Shown: piece by piece, positions 52,540 to 64,000 of the stretch
How positions within the stretch are numbered: position 1 is the stretch's first letter
How the letters are laid out: the number at the start of each line of letters is the position of its first letter
Source of the DNA: Malacoraja senta
Taxonomy: Eukaryota
Assembly: GCA_038087875.1 (NCBI GenBank)
Contig: CM075988.1
Location: forward strand, 19,532,001-19,596,000
Reading direction: 5' to 3'
DNA: 64,000 bases
Notes under the pieces: model-generated
The model's database searches: none
What the model was told of the DNA's origin: nothing
The model's input: only the letters and a program-made list of their open reading frames with translations
Position numbers and translations under genes: made by a program

Positions 52540-53071
52540 AAATTCTGGAAAAATGCGCCCACACCAACAATAAAAATGTGGACATCAAATATGTTTGAAA
52601 CATTACATCTGGAAGAGATGAGATTCCTCTTAGCAGGTAAAGCAGACCAATTCCAAAAGACGTGGTCTACGTTTCTGGACCTATTACAAGCATGAGGTGC
52701 AATAGTAATTTTAAAAATAAATAAATAAACAAATGGTATCAGGACCTGGTAATGGGAGGTAAAACAACAAAAACAGACTTGGTTGGTAGTCCCCTTTCTG
52801 CGATTGTTCCTACTTTCTTTTTCTTTCTTTTCTAGGATCTACTTTCTTACTTTACTTCCTTCTCTAACTTCTTTTCTAAGGGGCTTTCTTTTCCCAACAC
52901 TCTCTTGCACTTCACGACTCTTGCGCACTTTCTTTACTTTTCTTACTTCTATCTTTCTTTTAAAGCTCAAAAAAATGAAGCGGTACAAAAAATGTATTAA
53001 GATATATGTGTTGTGTATTACTGTAACTTACCGTACTTCTAATAAAAACAAATTTAAAAAAATTTAAAAAA
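52540..53071 (+). mobile_element. L1-clade 3' end with AATAAA and A-rich tail
   Basis: LKFWK..PTIKMW..TLHLEEMRF..KTW homology to L1 ORF2 C-terminus; tail 53041-53070. Confidence 0.8.
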
Positions 53072-53263
53072 TTAATTAAATGTAATCTTAAAAGTAAAAT
53101 GATCTCCGAATTGGAAACATTTGAGTGTTGCCTTTACAAGGATGTTGCCAGGACGAGAGTGACTGAGCTCTAGGGAGAGGTTGAGCAGGCTAGGACTCTG
53201 TTCCTTGGAGCGCAGGAAGATGAGGGGTGATCTTCTAGAGGTGTACAAAATCATGAGAGGAAT

Positions 53264-53454
53264 CTTCTTCTCTCGTGTCCATCTTCCATGTTTCGAATGT
53301 TGACATCGTTGTTATCATCCGTCCTGAAAAGGACACAAGCTTCTTCAATCAGTGGGAGCCATCACTTGTTGCAATAGATGATGGTGGAAGCAGAATTGGC
53401 TCAGGATACTTCCAGTTTGCAGCCCCGCGACGTGGACGCTTCTGCTACGGGGCC
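53264..53454 (-). mobile_element. Second short ribozyme-headed retro-insertion with (GAA)n tail
   Basis: Interrupts CR1; decayed TSD ATGAGAGGAAT / TTGATAGAAAT (8 of 11 match); tail GAAGATGGACACGAGAGAAGAAG shared with 24191-24336. Confidence 0.8.
53389..53454 (-). ncRNA. HDV-like (CPEB3-like) ribozyme, possibly partly decayed
   Basis: P1 GGCCCC/GGGGCU (G-U at cleavage site), P2 AGCAGAA/UUCUGCU, P3 GCG/CGC, L3 UCCACGU, single-G P1.1, imperfect P4, J4/2 GCCAA. Confidence 0.75.
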
Positions 53455-55459
53455 TTGATAGAAATAGATCGTGTAGACACATCTCACCCAGAGTAGGGGA
53501 ATCGAGAACCAGAGGACACAGGTTTAAGGTTAAAGGGATGGGAAATTTAATAGGAACATGAGGGATAACGTTTTCACACATTGAGTGTATGGAACAAGCT
53601 GCTGGAGGAGGTAATTGAGGCAGGGACAATCACAACATTTAAGAAACATGGTTAGGACAGGTTTAGAGGGATATGGGCCAAGCGCAGGCAGGTGGGACTA
53701 GTGTGGATGGGACATGTTGGCCAGTGTGGAGAAGTTGGGCTGCTTCCACGCTATATAACATTATGACTCTATGAGTGCAGGCGATCCTTCCCTGTTCACA
53801 CATTGCCGTCATCATGACTGTCAACAACACAACAGCAAAATCACAATGTTGTCATGATTTGATGAATCTCATGACATGGTTCATGTGGGTTGGGTTTTTG
53901 GGGGTCATTCGGGGTCAATTTGTGATTCCCCAACCCGACTGGAAAAACAGCCTTAAAAATCACCTCACAAATGTTGCTTCTTTAATAGACTGTGGCGAGA
54001 ATGTAATGTGTCACTTTGCGCTAACCTTTATGCTCTCTCTGAGTCAATGATGGGAGAAATTATGTTGAGGAGTAGGAAGTAACTGGGCCATTGAACAAAT
54101 ATTTAATGTCTGTTCTGACAGAAGTAGCATGTCAGACTGCAGGGGTGAAAGGATTAGTGAGAAAAAGGAACGTTAAGTAAGTAAAATTAGAATGAAAAAG
54201 ATTGAGAAACATCACGCTTGCTTTCATCATTCAGGGAGCTGAATGTAGAAGTTGGGACATTATCTTACAGTTGCCCACAATGTGGCAGAGCCTGCATTTG
54301 GAATCTTATGTTCAATTTTGGTCACTCTATTATTGGATGGTATTATGATAGAAAGACTGCAAAGAAAATGTTGCCAAGGCACAAAGGCCTGAGCTATTGG
54401 GAGAAGTTGGGCAGACTAGGACTTTATTCCTTGGAGCGCAGGAGGCTGAGGGGTGATCTTATAAAGGTGTATAATGTCATAAGGGGAATGGATATGGTGA
54501 GTGTACAATCTTTTACCCAGAGTAGATGGATCAAGAACTAGAGGGCATAGGTTTAAGGAGAAAGGAAAAAGATTGCAGAGGAATTTTGTCAGAGAGTGGT
54601 TAGTATATGGAATGAGTTACTGGAGGAAATAGTTGAGGGAGATACAAGAACTGTAGATGCTGGTTTACAAAACAAAGCACAAAGTACTGGAGTAGCATCA
54701 GTGGATCAGGCAGGATCTCTGGTGAACATGGACAGATGACATTTTTGGTCAGGACCCTTCTGAGGCAGGTACGATAACCGCATTTAAAAGACATTTGGAC
54801 AGGTACAAGGGTAAGATAGGTATGGGGTCAAATGTAAACCAATGGGACTAGCTTAAATGGGGCATCCTGGGCTGTGTGGACGAGTTGGGTGAAAGGCCCT
54901 GTCTCCGTGTTGTGACTCAATTGCTCCAGAGGATCAAAAGCTGACAATCATAAAGACCTGAAAGCCTACATACTTGCAGTTTAAAATGAGTGACATTAGT
55001 GAAAGTGGAATCTTCCAGTACATGCACTGGCACATGGCAAAATGACTCCACTATTCAAGATGGGGAGATGGGGTTGGGGTGGGGGGGGGGGGGGTTAAGG
55101 GGGAGTGGGGGGGGGGGAATAAAGAGCCAAGGACTGGATTGATTGTGAAGAAGCATTTGAATGATCATTAAATAATGCGGCACTTAGAAATCACAATATG
55201 ATTAAGGTGATATTAGACTTGGATTGGTGGCGCTGTTTAATTCAGGTACCTTCCTTTCTCCAGTGAAAATTAGAGAGCTGTAGATGCCTGAAGTCTGAAT
55301 CATAATCATTAAAATGCTGGAAGCACTCAGAAAGCCAGTCCACATCTCTGGAAAAAGGAATACAGTTATGGTTTCTCGTCTGAGATTCTTCAACAGGCCT
55401 TTGGGCTGAAATATTAATTCTGCTTCTCTCTCTCCAGTGGGCGACAAATCGACACAGAT

Positions 55460-55750
55460 GTGCAGTGGTAGAGCTGCTGCCTCACAGCGCTAGAGACACA
55501 GATTCATTCCTGACCTCACTTGCTGTCTGTTTGCACGCTCTCCATGTGACCGCGTGGGTTTCCTCTGGGTGCTTCGGTTTCCTCCCACACTCCAAAGATG
55601 CGCAGGATTGTAGATTAATTTGCTTCTGTAAATTGGCCCTAGAGTGTAGGATGGGATGGCATAGAACTAGGGCATGCGGGATCAATGGTCGGCATGGACT
55701 CGGTGGGCCGATGGGCCTGTTTCTTCACTGCATCTCTAAAACTAAAACTG
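55460..55750 (+). mobile_element. V-SINE
   Basis: GCAGTGGTAGAGCTGCTGCCTCACAGCG head, V core, (AAACT)n tail. Confidence 0.8.
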
Positions 55751-58700
55751 AAATTAAAGGATGCTGACTGACCTGCTGAGTGTTTCCAGCATTTTTATTT
55801 CTCTTCTGGAGTGCCTGGTATGGCTTCTAAATTGGTTCCCTACTGATACCTTTGGAGTAATGTTTCTGTTGCTAAGCGAAGGCTCAAATCTAGTTGGAAG
55901 TGGAAAATCTTTTACTTTTAGCCCCCAGTGTGAGAATGAAGCCAGCTTGGTTTACGCTGAGCGTGTGACAGATGCAAAGTAAAACTACTTCACCTCATCG
56001 TCAAAATTCATCTTAATTACAATTTCCACGTTCCTGGAGGTTTTTCTCCATCGGATGTTGCAGTCTTTCCTCAGAGAAAGGTTGAAAATCTAAATTAATC
56101 AGTGTTAAATTACTGCCAGATTTATGCTGTCTTCTCGTGAGTTGGAGCTGGTTTGCCAACATTCACATTTATTTTGCAGCTTTCCAAATCGATGGAGAGA
56201 AAAGCTATTCAGAAGGGATGGGGTTAGATGGCAAAGGAGGACAGCATGGAGTCCCACTCTTTCAATCCCCCCTATTCAAATGTCTTTGTTCTATCTGGGA
56301 CATATGACAATTAAACACTCTTGACTCTTGATGGGACTATCGAGGGATATCCTATGATGTTCAATGTTTAGTTGTAAAACTCCACCAAATAAACCCTGGA
56401 TCCAATAGCACAGTTGCACAACTGATAGAGATTGAGGTCACATCTTCCCGAGCCAACTTAGGGATTACCAGGCACCACCCTCCCTGAGGTCATTTGTGTC
56501 TGGTCCTGATTGGTCCTGGTCTGTTCTTGCCTGCACACCCCGCCCCCCTCCACTCCCCCACCCCAGTCCCAGCCCCTACTTTCAGTCTGAAGAAGGGTCC
56601 CGACCTGAAACATCACCCACTCTTTTTCTCCAGAGATGCTGCCTAGCCCTCGGAGTTACTCCAGCACTTTGTGTCTATCTAGAGCTACAGCCTCACAGCG
56701 CCAAAGACACAGATTCGATCCTGACCATGGGTGCTGTCTGTCTGGAGTTTGCACCTTCTCCCAGTGAACTCATGGGCTTCCTCTGGGTGCTCTGGTTCCC
56801 TCCCAGATCCAACAGATGTCCAGGTTTGTAGGTTAATTGCCCTCTAACATTGCCCTAGTGTATAGGGAATGAATGTGGGATAACATAGAACTAGTGTAAA
56901 TGGGAGATCGTTGGTCCACATGGAATCGATGGACCTAAGGACCTACTTCCATGCTGTAATTCTAAACTTATCTAAATAATAATCAGTGTTCAATTTTAAA
57001 GAATGTAGAGGACTGGGTAGGTCTACCAAAATATAAAGGAAAGATTTATTGTATAACATCCTTTTTAAGACTTATCTCAAAAATAATATTTTGCGATGTT
57101 GCATCATGGTTGGATGTCAGTGTATGACTATTATTCCTTATATGAATGCAGAACAAATCCAATAATGAAGACAAAAATGACACAGTATAAGGTAATTAAA
57201 ATTCTGGCTATTACAAAAAAAAGGGCTATTGAGATAGCAAGATAGAGCTTGATACCGCCGTTTGTATCCACGTGACGACAGTTCTGTAGCTGTCTTGCGC
57301 TGAACAAATGACCTCGCTGTACATTGGTGGCTCTCTGTTCTTTTCTCTTGCGCCTCTGGACATTCCCATTGTGGTGGATTGACCAGGAAACGTTGTCCTG
57401 TGTCCCAGAGCTCTGCATTTGTCTAGCTCTCTGAGGAGGTGGGCAAGACAGAAAATATTTACCCTCACAGTGGGTGTTGAGGGGGGGGGGGGGAGTGGGG
57501 ATTGCATATGTAATGGGGTGCTGCTTCTGAAGAGGGAGATATTGAGGAAGTTCTTCTCTTAAAAGATTGACAACTGATTGGGGATGATCAGCCATGATCA
57601 CATTGAATGGCAGTGTTGGCTCGACCGAATGGCCTACTCCTGCACCTATTGTCTATTACGTTATGTATTCCAGATGTCTTTGGAATTTGAACCATTGAAT
57701 AATTTCAAAGCAAAAAAAGGAGGGTTTTTTTTGGAGTCGAGGGTTTTAGGGAAAACAGGAAATTGGGGCTGAGATCAGATCATCAGTGATTTTATTGGAT
57801 GATGGACAGGCCTGAGAGGGTATATGATGCATTTAATACAAGGAAGACTTTCTATTGCAATTTATTTATCTGTAATAGTGTCCAGGCAGTTTTTAGCATC
57901 TTTCTTGGCCAATTTGATGATTGCCTTCTAATATCTAATATCTACACTCATTTTTTTTCCAATCCTTCCTTTGCTAATTTTGACATTCTTTCTTTTGCCC
58001 AGCCATTGTTCCACACATGTTCCCACTGAACTTAAAACATAGATCCAAATGTTTGGATTGATGTTAAACCTAAATCCAATCGCACAATGCTTCCCACGAC
58101 CAGACCAGCTATCGGAGTTCAATAAACAACTTGCTGAGGAACTCAAAGGGTCAGGCTGCATCTGTGAAGGGAAATGGACAGATGACGTTTCAGATCGGGG
58201 CCTTTCTTCAGTCTCCATCTACCTGAATTGGCGATTTGGGGAATGTCAGGACAAATGGGTGGAGCAGGTCACCAAGTGAAAGTATTTCAGGACAGTCAAC
58301 TGAATGCGTAGGAAGGAACTGCAGATGCTGGTTTGTACCGAAGACGGACACAAAATGCTGGCAAAATGCTGGCAGCCGCCCTTCCTGCGGTCATCGGCTG
58401 CCCGCCCTGCTTTGTTCTGTCCTTCTCTATCTTTCAGTCTGAAGAATGGTTCCAACCCACACACCACCTATTCCTTTTCTCCAGAGATGCTGCCTGACCT
58501 GCTGTCACCCAGCATTTTGTGTCTATTATCAACTAAATACGCATTCTTAACAAACCCAATTGGCCCAGGCACTGAAAGGTTACAATTATAGGAAATTCTG
58601 CAGCAAGGTAAAAAAATATTTAAACATAAATTACTTTCCATGGTACGATATTCATTGAGTCACACAGCACGGAAACAGGCTCTTCGACGCAAACTTACCC

Positions 58701-59984
58701 GTGCTAACAGTGATGGCCCCATCTAAGCTAGTCCCACCTGCCCACAATAGCATGGTTGCACAACTGATAGAGATTGAGGTCACATCTTTCCGAGCCAACT
58801 TTGGGCTTACCAGGCACCACCCTGCCCGAGGTCATTTGTGTCTGGTCCTGATTGGTCCTGGTCTGTTCTCGCCTTCACACCCCCCTCCCCACACATCCCC
58901 ATTTATCCCCTGTGCCTCTAAACCTTTCCTATCCATGTACCTGTCCAAGTGTATTTTAAACATTGCTATTGCACCTGCCTCAATTATTTCCTCTGACAGC
59001 ACGTTCCATATACCCACCATCCTCGAAGAGGTTATTACTGAGAATCCTATTATCTTTCCCCTTAAACATATCCCCATTAGTTTTTGATTCCTCTACCCTG
59101 GGAAAAGACCCTATCTATCGCCCTCATGATTATTTTCACCTCTAAAATATCACCCCTCAGTCTCCTGCACTCCAAGGGATAAAGTGCTAGCCTGCCCAAT
59201 CTGTCCCTGTACATCAGGCCCATGAGTCCTCGCAACATCCTAGTAAACCTTCTCTGCACTCTTTCCAGCTTAATGACATCTTTCCTACAGCAGGGTGACC
59301 AAAACCAAACGCAATGCTGTACTCCAAACGCAGCCTCACCTACAGTATGTCTTGTACAACTGTAACATAAAAGGTTCATAACTTATGATGATTTTCACCA
59401 CTGTAGACAGAGAGGTGTTGAATTTCTCACATACATTTTAATATATTACCCTTTAATTTTGAAGCTATTATTGATTTGTCGATGTAAGACTTTGAAAGCG
59501 ATGATGTGTAGAATGTTTTAAGACTGATGATCATCAGTTCAGCTCCAGAATATGTTAATTGTACCTTCTGTCAATAAAGACAACACCAGGGACATCACAG
59601 CAGAGTCAGCAGTATCTGATGTTTACAAACCATGGTTCAAGTCTCCAAACATAGCGGTGAATGAGTTCTTCTCCCCACAGATGCTGATAACAAGGATGCA
59701 CGTTTGGAAATGTCACGGCTCTGAAGACACAACATGTGCGCATGGTGCATCTCTCATACCAGAGGAAGATGAATGCTAATTGGAATGAAATCTGATCGTG
59801 GAAAGCAAGGTGAAAAGTACAGAGAGCGACCAAGGAAATTTATGTTGTTAAAATCTGGCAGCATGTTTCCTTGATGCAACCCAGAACAGTGGAGATCTTA
59901 TTATATTTCTCGGATCAACCTTGCTAAAACCCTCCCATGTTCATTTTTCTCACAAATACACTTTGGCTTAACGTCAGCAATAAC

Positions 59985-60389
59985 CTCCGCAATAACCAAC
60001 CTGAACTCCCGGTGGCTCAGCACTTCAACTCCCCCTCCCATTCCGTATCTGACCTCTCTGTCCTGGGTCTCCTCCATGGCCACAGCGAGCAACACCGTAA
60101 ATTGGAGGAAATGCACCTCATATTCCGCTTGGGCAGTCTACATCCTGGTGGCCTGAACATTGAATTCTCCCAATTCTGCTAGCCCTGGCTGTCCCCTCCC
60201 CTTCATCAGCCATCTGGTGTCTCCCTCCCCTCCCCCAGCCCTCGGCTCCTCCTCCGCCTTTCCTTTTTTCCTTTCTTTCTCCCCACCCCCTATCAGTCTG
60301 AAGAAGGGTTTCGGCCCGAAACGTTACCTATTTCCTTCGCTCCATAGATGCTGCTGCACCCGCTGAGTTTCTCCAGCATTTTTGTGTAC
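59985..60389 (+). mobile_element. Penelope-like element 3' fragment
   Basis: GIY-YIG C-terminal peptide (PVAQHFN...LGSLHPGGLN); 13-bp TSD CGTCAGCAATAAC at 59972-59984 and 60390-60402. Confidence 0.9.
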
Positions 60390-61472
60390 CGTCAGCAATA
60401 ACAAGTTGTTATCAAATAAAAACTTTCCAGTTTCCCTGAAACTCTTCTTTATTCGTTCAGTCAGAAGACTGCAGAAGCTGAATCTTGAGCAAAGCTCAAA
60501 GTGCTGTAAGAACAGGGCTGGTCGGGCACCATCTGTGGTGGGTATGGACAGATGATGTTTCAGGTTGGGACCGTCCTTAGATTGATTTCAATGATCCTCA
60601 TGTAAACTTGCAGCGTGAGCTTCCAAATTTACTGTTTCTCAATTTACACAGTCTGTGTCAGTTCAAAGGCTATGATGATGGATACGACAGGTTTGGAGGG
60701 ATATGGACCAAACGCAGGCAGGCAGGGACTAGTGTAGCTGGGACATGTTGGGCGGCGTGGCCAAGTTGGGCCAAAGGGCCTGTTTCCACGTTGTATCACT
60801 CTATGACCCTATGAGCACTTTATATGTCCCTTAAGAGAAACATCATATTCAGTGGCTTCAACACAATGGTAACCTCCAATCAGTGTTGCACTGAAATGGC
60901 TACAGTGGAAAATCCAAGGTAATTTTTCACCGGCACTGACCAACAATGTCAGACATCATATTCTCATGGAACAACAGTGATGGGGTAGAAGTTTCAAAAG
61001 CTTCTCCACAAACAGGGAGGAACTGGTCAGGTGAGTTTAGACGCCAGTATCGAACTGAAAGACATGTTATGCACATTCCACATATTTTAGCAGTAGGTTT
61101 TATGCTCTGACCATGAGAAGCCAAGAGAATAGTTTATGTGGAAAATGGAAAATATAAAATGGGCCTTCTTGTTAGCTAAGAAGAGCATGTTTCTCATGCA
61201 GCCTGGGTAAGGGAGATAACTCAAGATCCAGATTAATAAGCATGCAAGAAATAGAAGCAGTAATCAGTCACATATGCCCGCAGCCTGCTCAGGCATTCAG
61301 TATGGAGGATTATTAACTGATCATGGGGTTTGGATCTGGATAACTGGAGGACATAGGTTTAAGATGAGAGGGGAAAGATTTAATAGGATCCAGCTGGGCA
61401 GTAGTTTCACACAGAGGGGGAAGGGTATATGGAACCAGCTGCCAGAAGAAGTGGTTGAGGTAGGTACAATGA

Positions 61473-61662
61473 AGGGCCTGTCCCACTTAGGCGACTGTCA
61501 GGGACTAGTTTTAATGGAATTAACGCACGATACCTGGCGACAACCTACGACAACCTACGACAGCAAAAATTGTCACCACTGTCGCCAAAAAATGTCAACA
61601 TAGAAAATTTTGCGGCAGTCGCCTGTAGTCGGCCAAAAATCGCCTAAGTCGGGACAGGCCCA
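61473..61662. mobile_element. PIF/Harbinger-type MITE inside a CR1 fragment
   Basis: AGGGCCTGTCCCACTTAGGCGA / TCGCCTAAGTCGGGACAGGCCC. Confidence 0.85.
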
Positions 61663-62976
61663 TAGCATTTAAAAGAACACTTGGACACATGCATGGCAGA
61701 AAAGGTTTAGAAGGATACGGGCCAAGCAGAATAAATGGGATTAGGTTGGATGGACTTTTTGATCGCATGGACAGATTGGGCCGAAGGGCCTATTTCCGTG
61801 CTCTAGACTCTTGATTATGCTGGTGGCCTTGCCGAGGCAGCGTGATGGAGTCAATAGAAGGAAGGTCGGTTTGTTGTGATGGCCTGGGCTACGTAAACAG
61901 CTCTCTGCAATTTCTTGCGAGCTGTTTACCCTCTCCAGAATAATAATGTTTCAAGAGCAGAAAAAGCGAGACATGTTTATTTTAACCACGGCCAATTTAC
62001 TCTGCAGGGTTATTCCCATGGTAACTGAGTGCTGGAGAATTTCACACAGTCACCTTCTACCACCTGAGACTGTGTGAAATTCAACCTTGCCAACACCGCG
62101 TGAGACTGCTTCATCTGTTGTCTAACAAACACTGCAGGTGAAATTAGTTTTGACGTTCTTAATCAGTTCCCAATGGACAAGGATCCTCTGTATAAACTTT
62201 CCCAACTCTGCAGAAATTGGCACTGAATTACTGGTCTTACATAGCCGAGGGATGTTTAGGGTCAGAAAAAAAAGCTTACTGATCAAAGGAGCTAGTTTCT
62301 TAAGGTGGATGTAGGTTTGGAATTAAATGTCAGTTCACATTAATAAGGGCATGAAGGTCTTGCAGAAAGTAGGATGTGAATCAATGGTTCTGGGGATGCA
62401 AGGCTAGACTGGGGAAGCTGTTCGCTCAGTGCCGAATGTTGAGATGAGATCTGATTCAGGTTGTCAAAATTATTCTGGGGTAAATATAGGGACCCCTTTC
62501 CATTAGCAAATGGTTGAAGGAGCAGGAGGTGTTAGGGTTGAGGTTAGGTTTAAGTTTTATTATTATTGTCACTGTCACTGTCACGTATACCGAGGTACTG
62601 TGAAAAGCTTTTGTTTATCATGCTATCCAAACAGATCAGATGTCATCAAGTCAAACTCAAGCAAAGGGGAAGATACAGAGTGTAGAATATAGTTCTCAGC
62701 ATAGTATCGCACAGTGGGGTAGAGGAGAATTAGACAGTACCCGAACTTACGGAAGGACCGTTCAGAAGCTTGATAATGGGGGGGGGGGGGGGGGGAGAAG
62801 CTGTTCAGGATTATTCAGGATTATTCAGCTGTTCAGGATTATTATAAAATTAAGTGGAAGTAGCAGCAATTAATGCAAAACAAGAACCAGTCTTCGGAGT
62901 ATCCGTTGTAATGAACAACAGTAATCAGTTTGAAATTGAAAAAGGACAGCTTTGCAAACAGACTGTCTGTCCTCAT

Positions 62977-63339
62977 ATTGGACAGGCTAGATGCAGGAAG
63001 ATTGTTCCCGATGTTGGGGAAGTCCAGGACAAGGGGTCACAGCTTAAGGATAAGGGGGAAATCCTTTAAGACCGAGATGAGGAAAAACGTTTTCACACAG
63101 AGAGTGGTGAATCTCTGGAACTCTCTGCCACAGAGGGTAGTTGAGGCCTGTTCATTGGCTATATTTAAGAGGGAGTTAGAAGTGGCCCTTGTGGCTAAGG
63201 GGATCAGGGGGTATGGAGAGAAGGCAGGTACGGGATACTGAGTTGGATGATCAGCCATGATCATATTGAATGGCGGTGCAGGCTCGAAGGGCCGAATGGC
63301 CTACTCCTGCACCTATTTTCTATGTATCTATGTTCTATG
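62977..63339 (+). mobile_element. 5'-truncated young CR1, near-identical to 1574-1929
   Basis: LDRLDAGRLFPMLGKSRTRGH...GEKAGTGY and the same 3' UTR. Confidence 0.93.
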
Positions 63340-63458
63340 TATATGCATTAGCCAAATGAAAGACAATCGCATGTGTTAATTGGCCCGTTTCAACCAGAAA
63401 TCTTCAACTTCAATTATTTTATACTGTTGTGATAAAGAGGAAGGAAGTTTATAACCAT

Positions 63459-63820
63459 AGGTACACAAAAATAGGCAACGTTTCGGGCCGAAACCCTTCT
63501 TCTTCGTTTGAAGAAGGATTTCGGCCCGAAACGTTGCCTATTTCCTTCGCTCCATAGATGCTGCTGCACCCGCTGAGTTTCTCCAGCATTTTTGTGTACC
63601 TTCGATTTTCCAGCATCTGCAGTTCCTTCTTTAACAAGTTTATAACCATACTTGGCACTTGGCACATCAAACATGGTCATAGGTAGACAAAAATGCTGGA
63701 GAAACTCAGCGGGTGAGGCAGCATCTATGGAGCGAAAGAAATAGGCGAAGTTTCGGGTCGTGACCCTTCTTCAGACTGATTTGGGGGTGGGGGGAAGAAG
63801 AAAGGAAGAGGCGGAGACAG
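63459..63820. mobile_element. Cluster of Penelope-derived terminal repeats, including an inverted pair
   Basis: TTTCGGGCCGAAACCCTTCTTC facing GAAGAAGGATTTCGGCCCGAAACG; another copy at 63681-63780. Confidence 0.75.
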
Positions 63821-64000
63821 TGGGCTGTGGGAGAGCTGGGGAGGGGGAAAAAAGAGAAAGCAGGGACATTGACTTCTCCAATTTTAGGTAGTCCCTGCTT
63901 TCTCCTTCTTTTCCCTACCCTTCCCAGCTCTCCCACGGCCCACTGTCTCCTGCCTCTTCCTTTCTTCTTCCCCCGTCCCCCCCCCCCACCCCCACATCAG

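Larger units (their letters stand above)
53130..53770 (+). mobile_element. Old CR1 3' fragment hosting the second ribozyme element
   Basis: LERRKMRGDL..YKIMRG / IDRVD..RTRGHRFKV continuity across the 53264-53454 insertion. Confidence 0.8.

Overview
Vertebrate genomic DNA, AT-rich and dominated by repeats. The repeat set (young CR1 LINEs, V-domain tRNA SINEs, Rex1/Babar-type LINEs, Penelope remnants) suggests a cartilaginous fish such as a skate; this is inference. No host gene could be named, although there are a few candidate exons, the best at 44171-44275 (-). The centre holds a three-level nest: a DIRS1-type tyrosine-recombinase retrotransposon (25200-36625, -) with ITRs and ICR, a full-length L1 inserted in its recombinase gene (25919-32984, 15-bp TSD), and a Harbinger-type MITE inside that L1. 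The most notable observation is two short retro-insertions flanked by target-site duplications (24191-24336 and 53264-53454, both -). Each begins exactly at the predicted cleavage site of an HDV/CPEB3-like self-cleaving ribozyme fold with covarying stems, and both end in a shared GAAGATGG..GACACGAG(GAA)n tail. They look like a promoter-less, ribozyme-headed SINE/SIDE-like family. Also notable are apparent spliceosomal introns and a duplicated in-frame mini-exon in the DIRS leader, hammerhead-core-like motifs in the many Penelope-derived repeats, and five MITEs that share one TIR. All calls were made by eye; no searches or folding programs were run.
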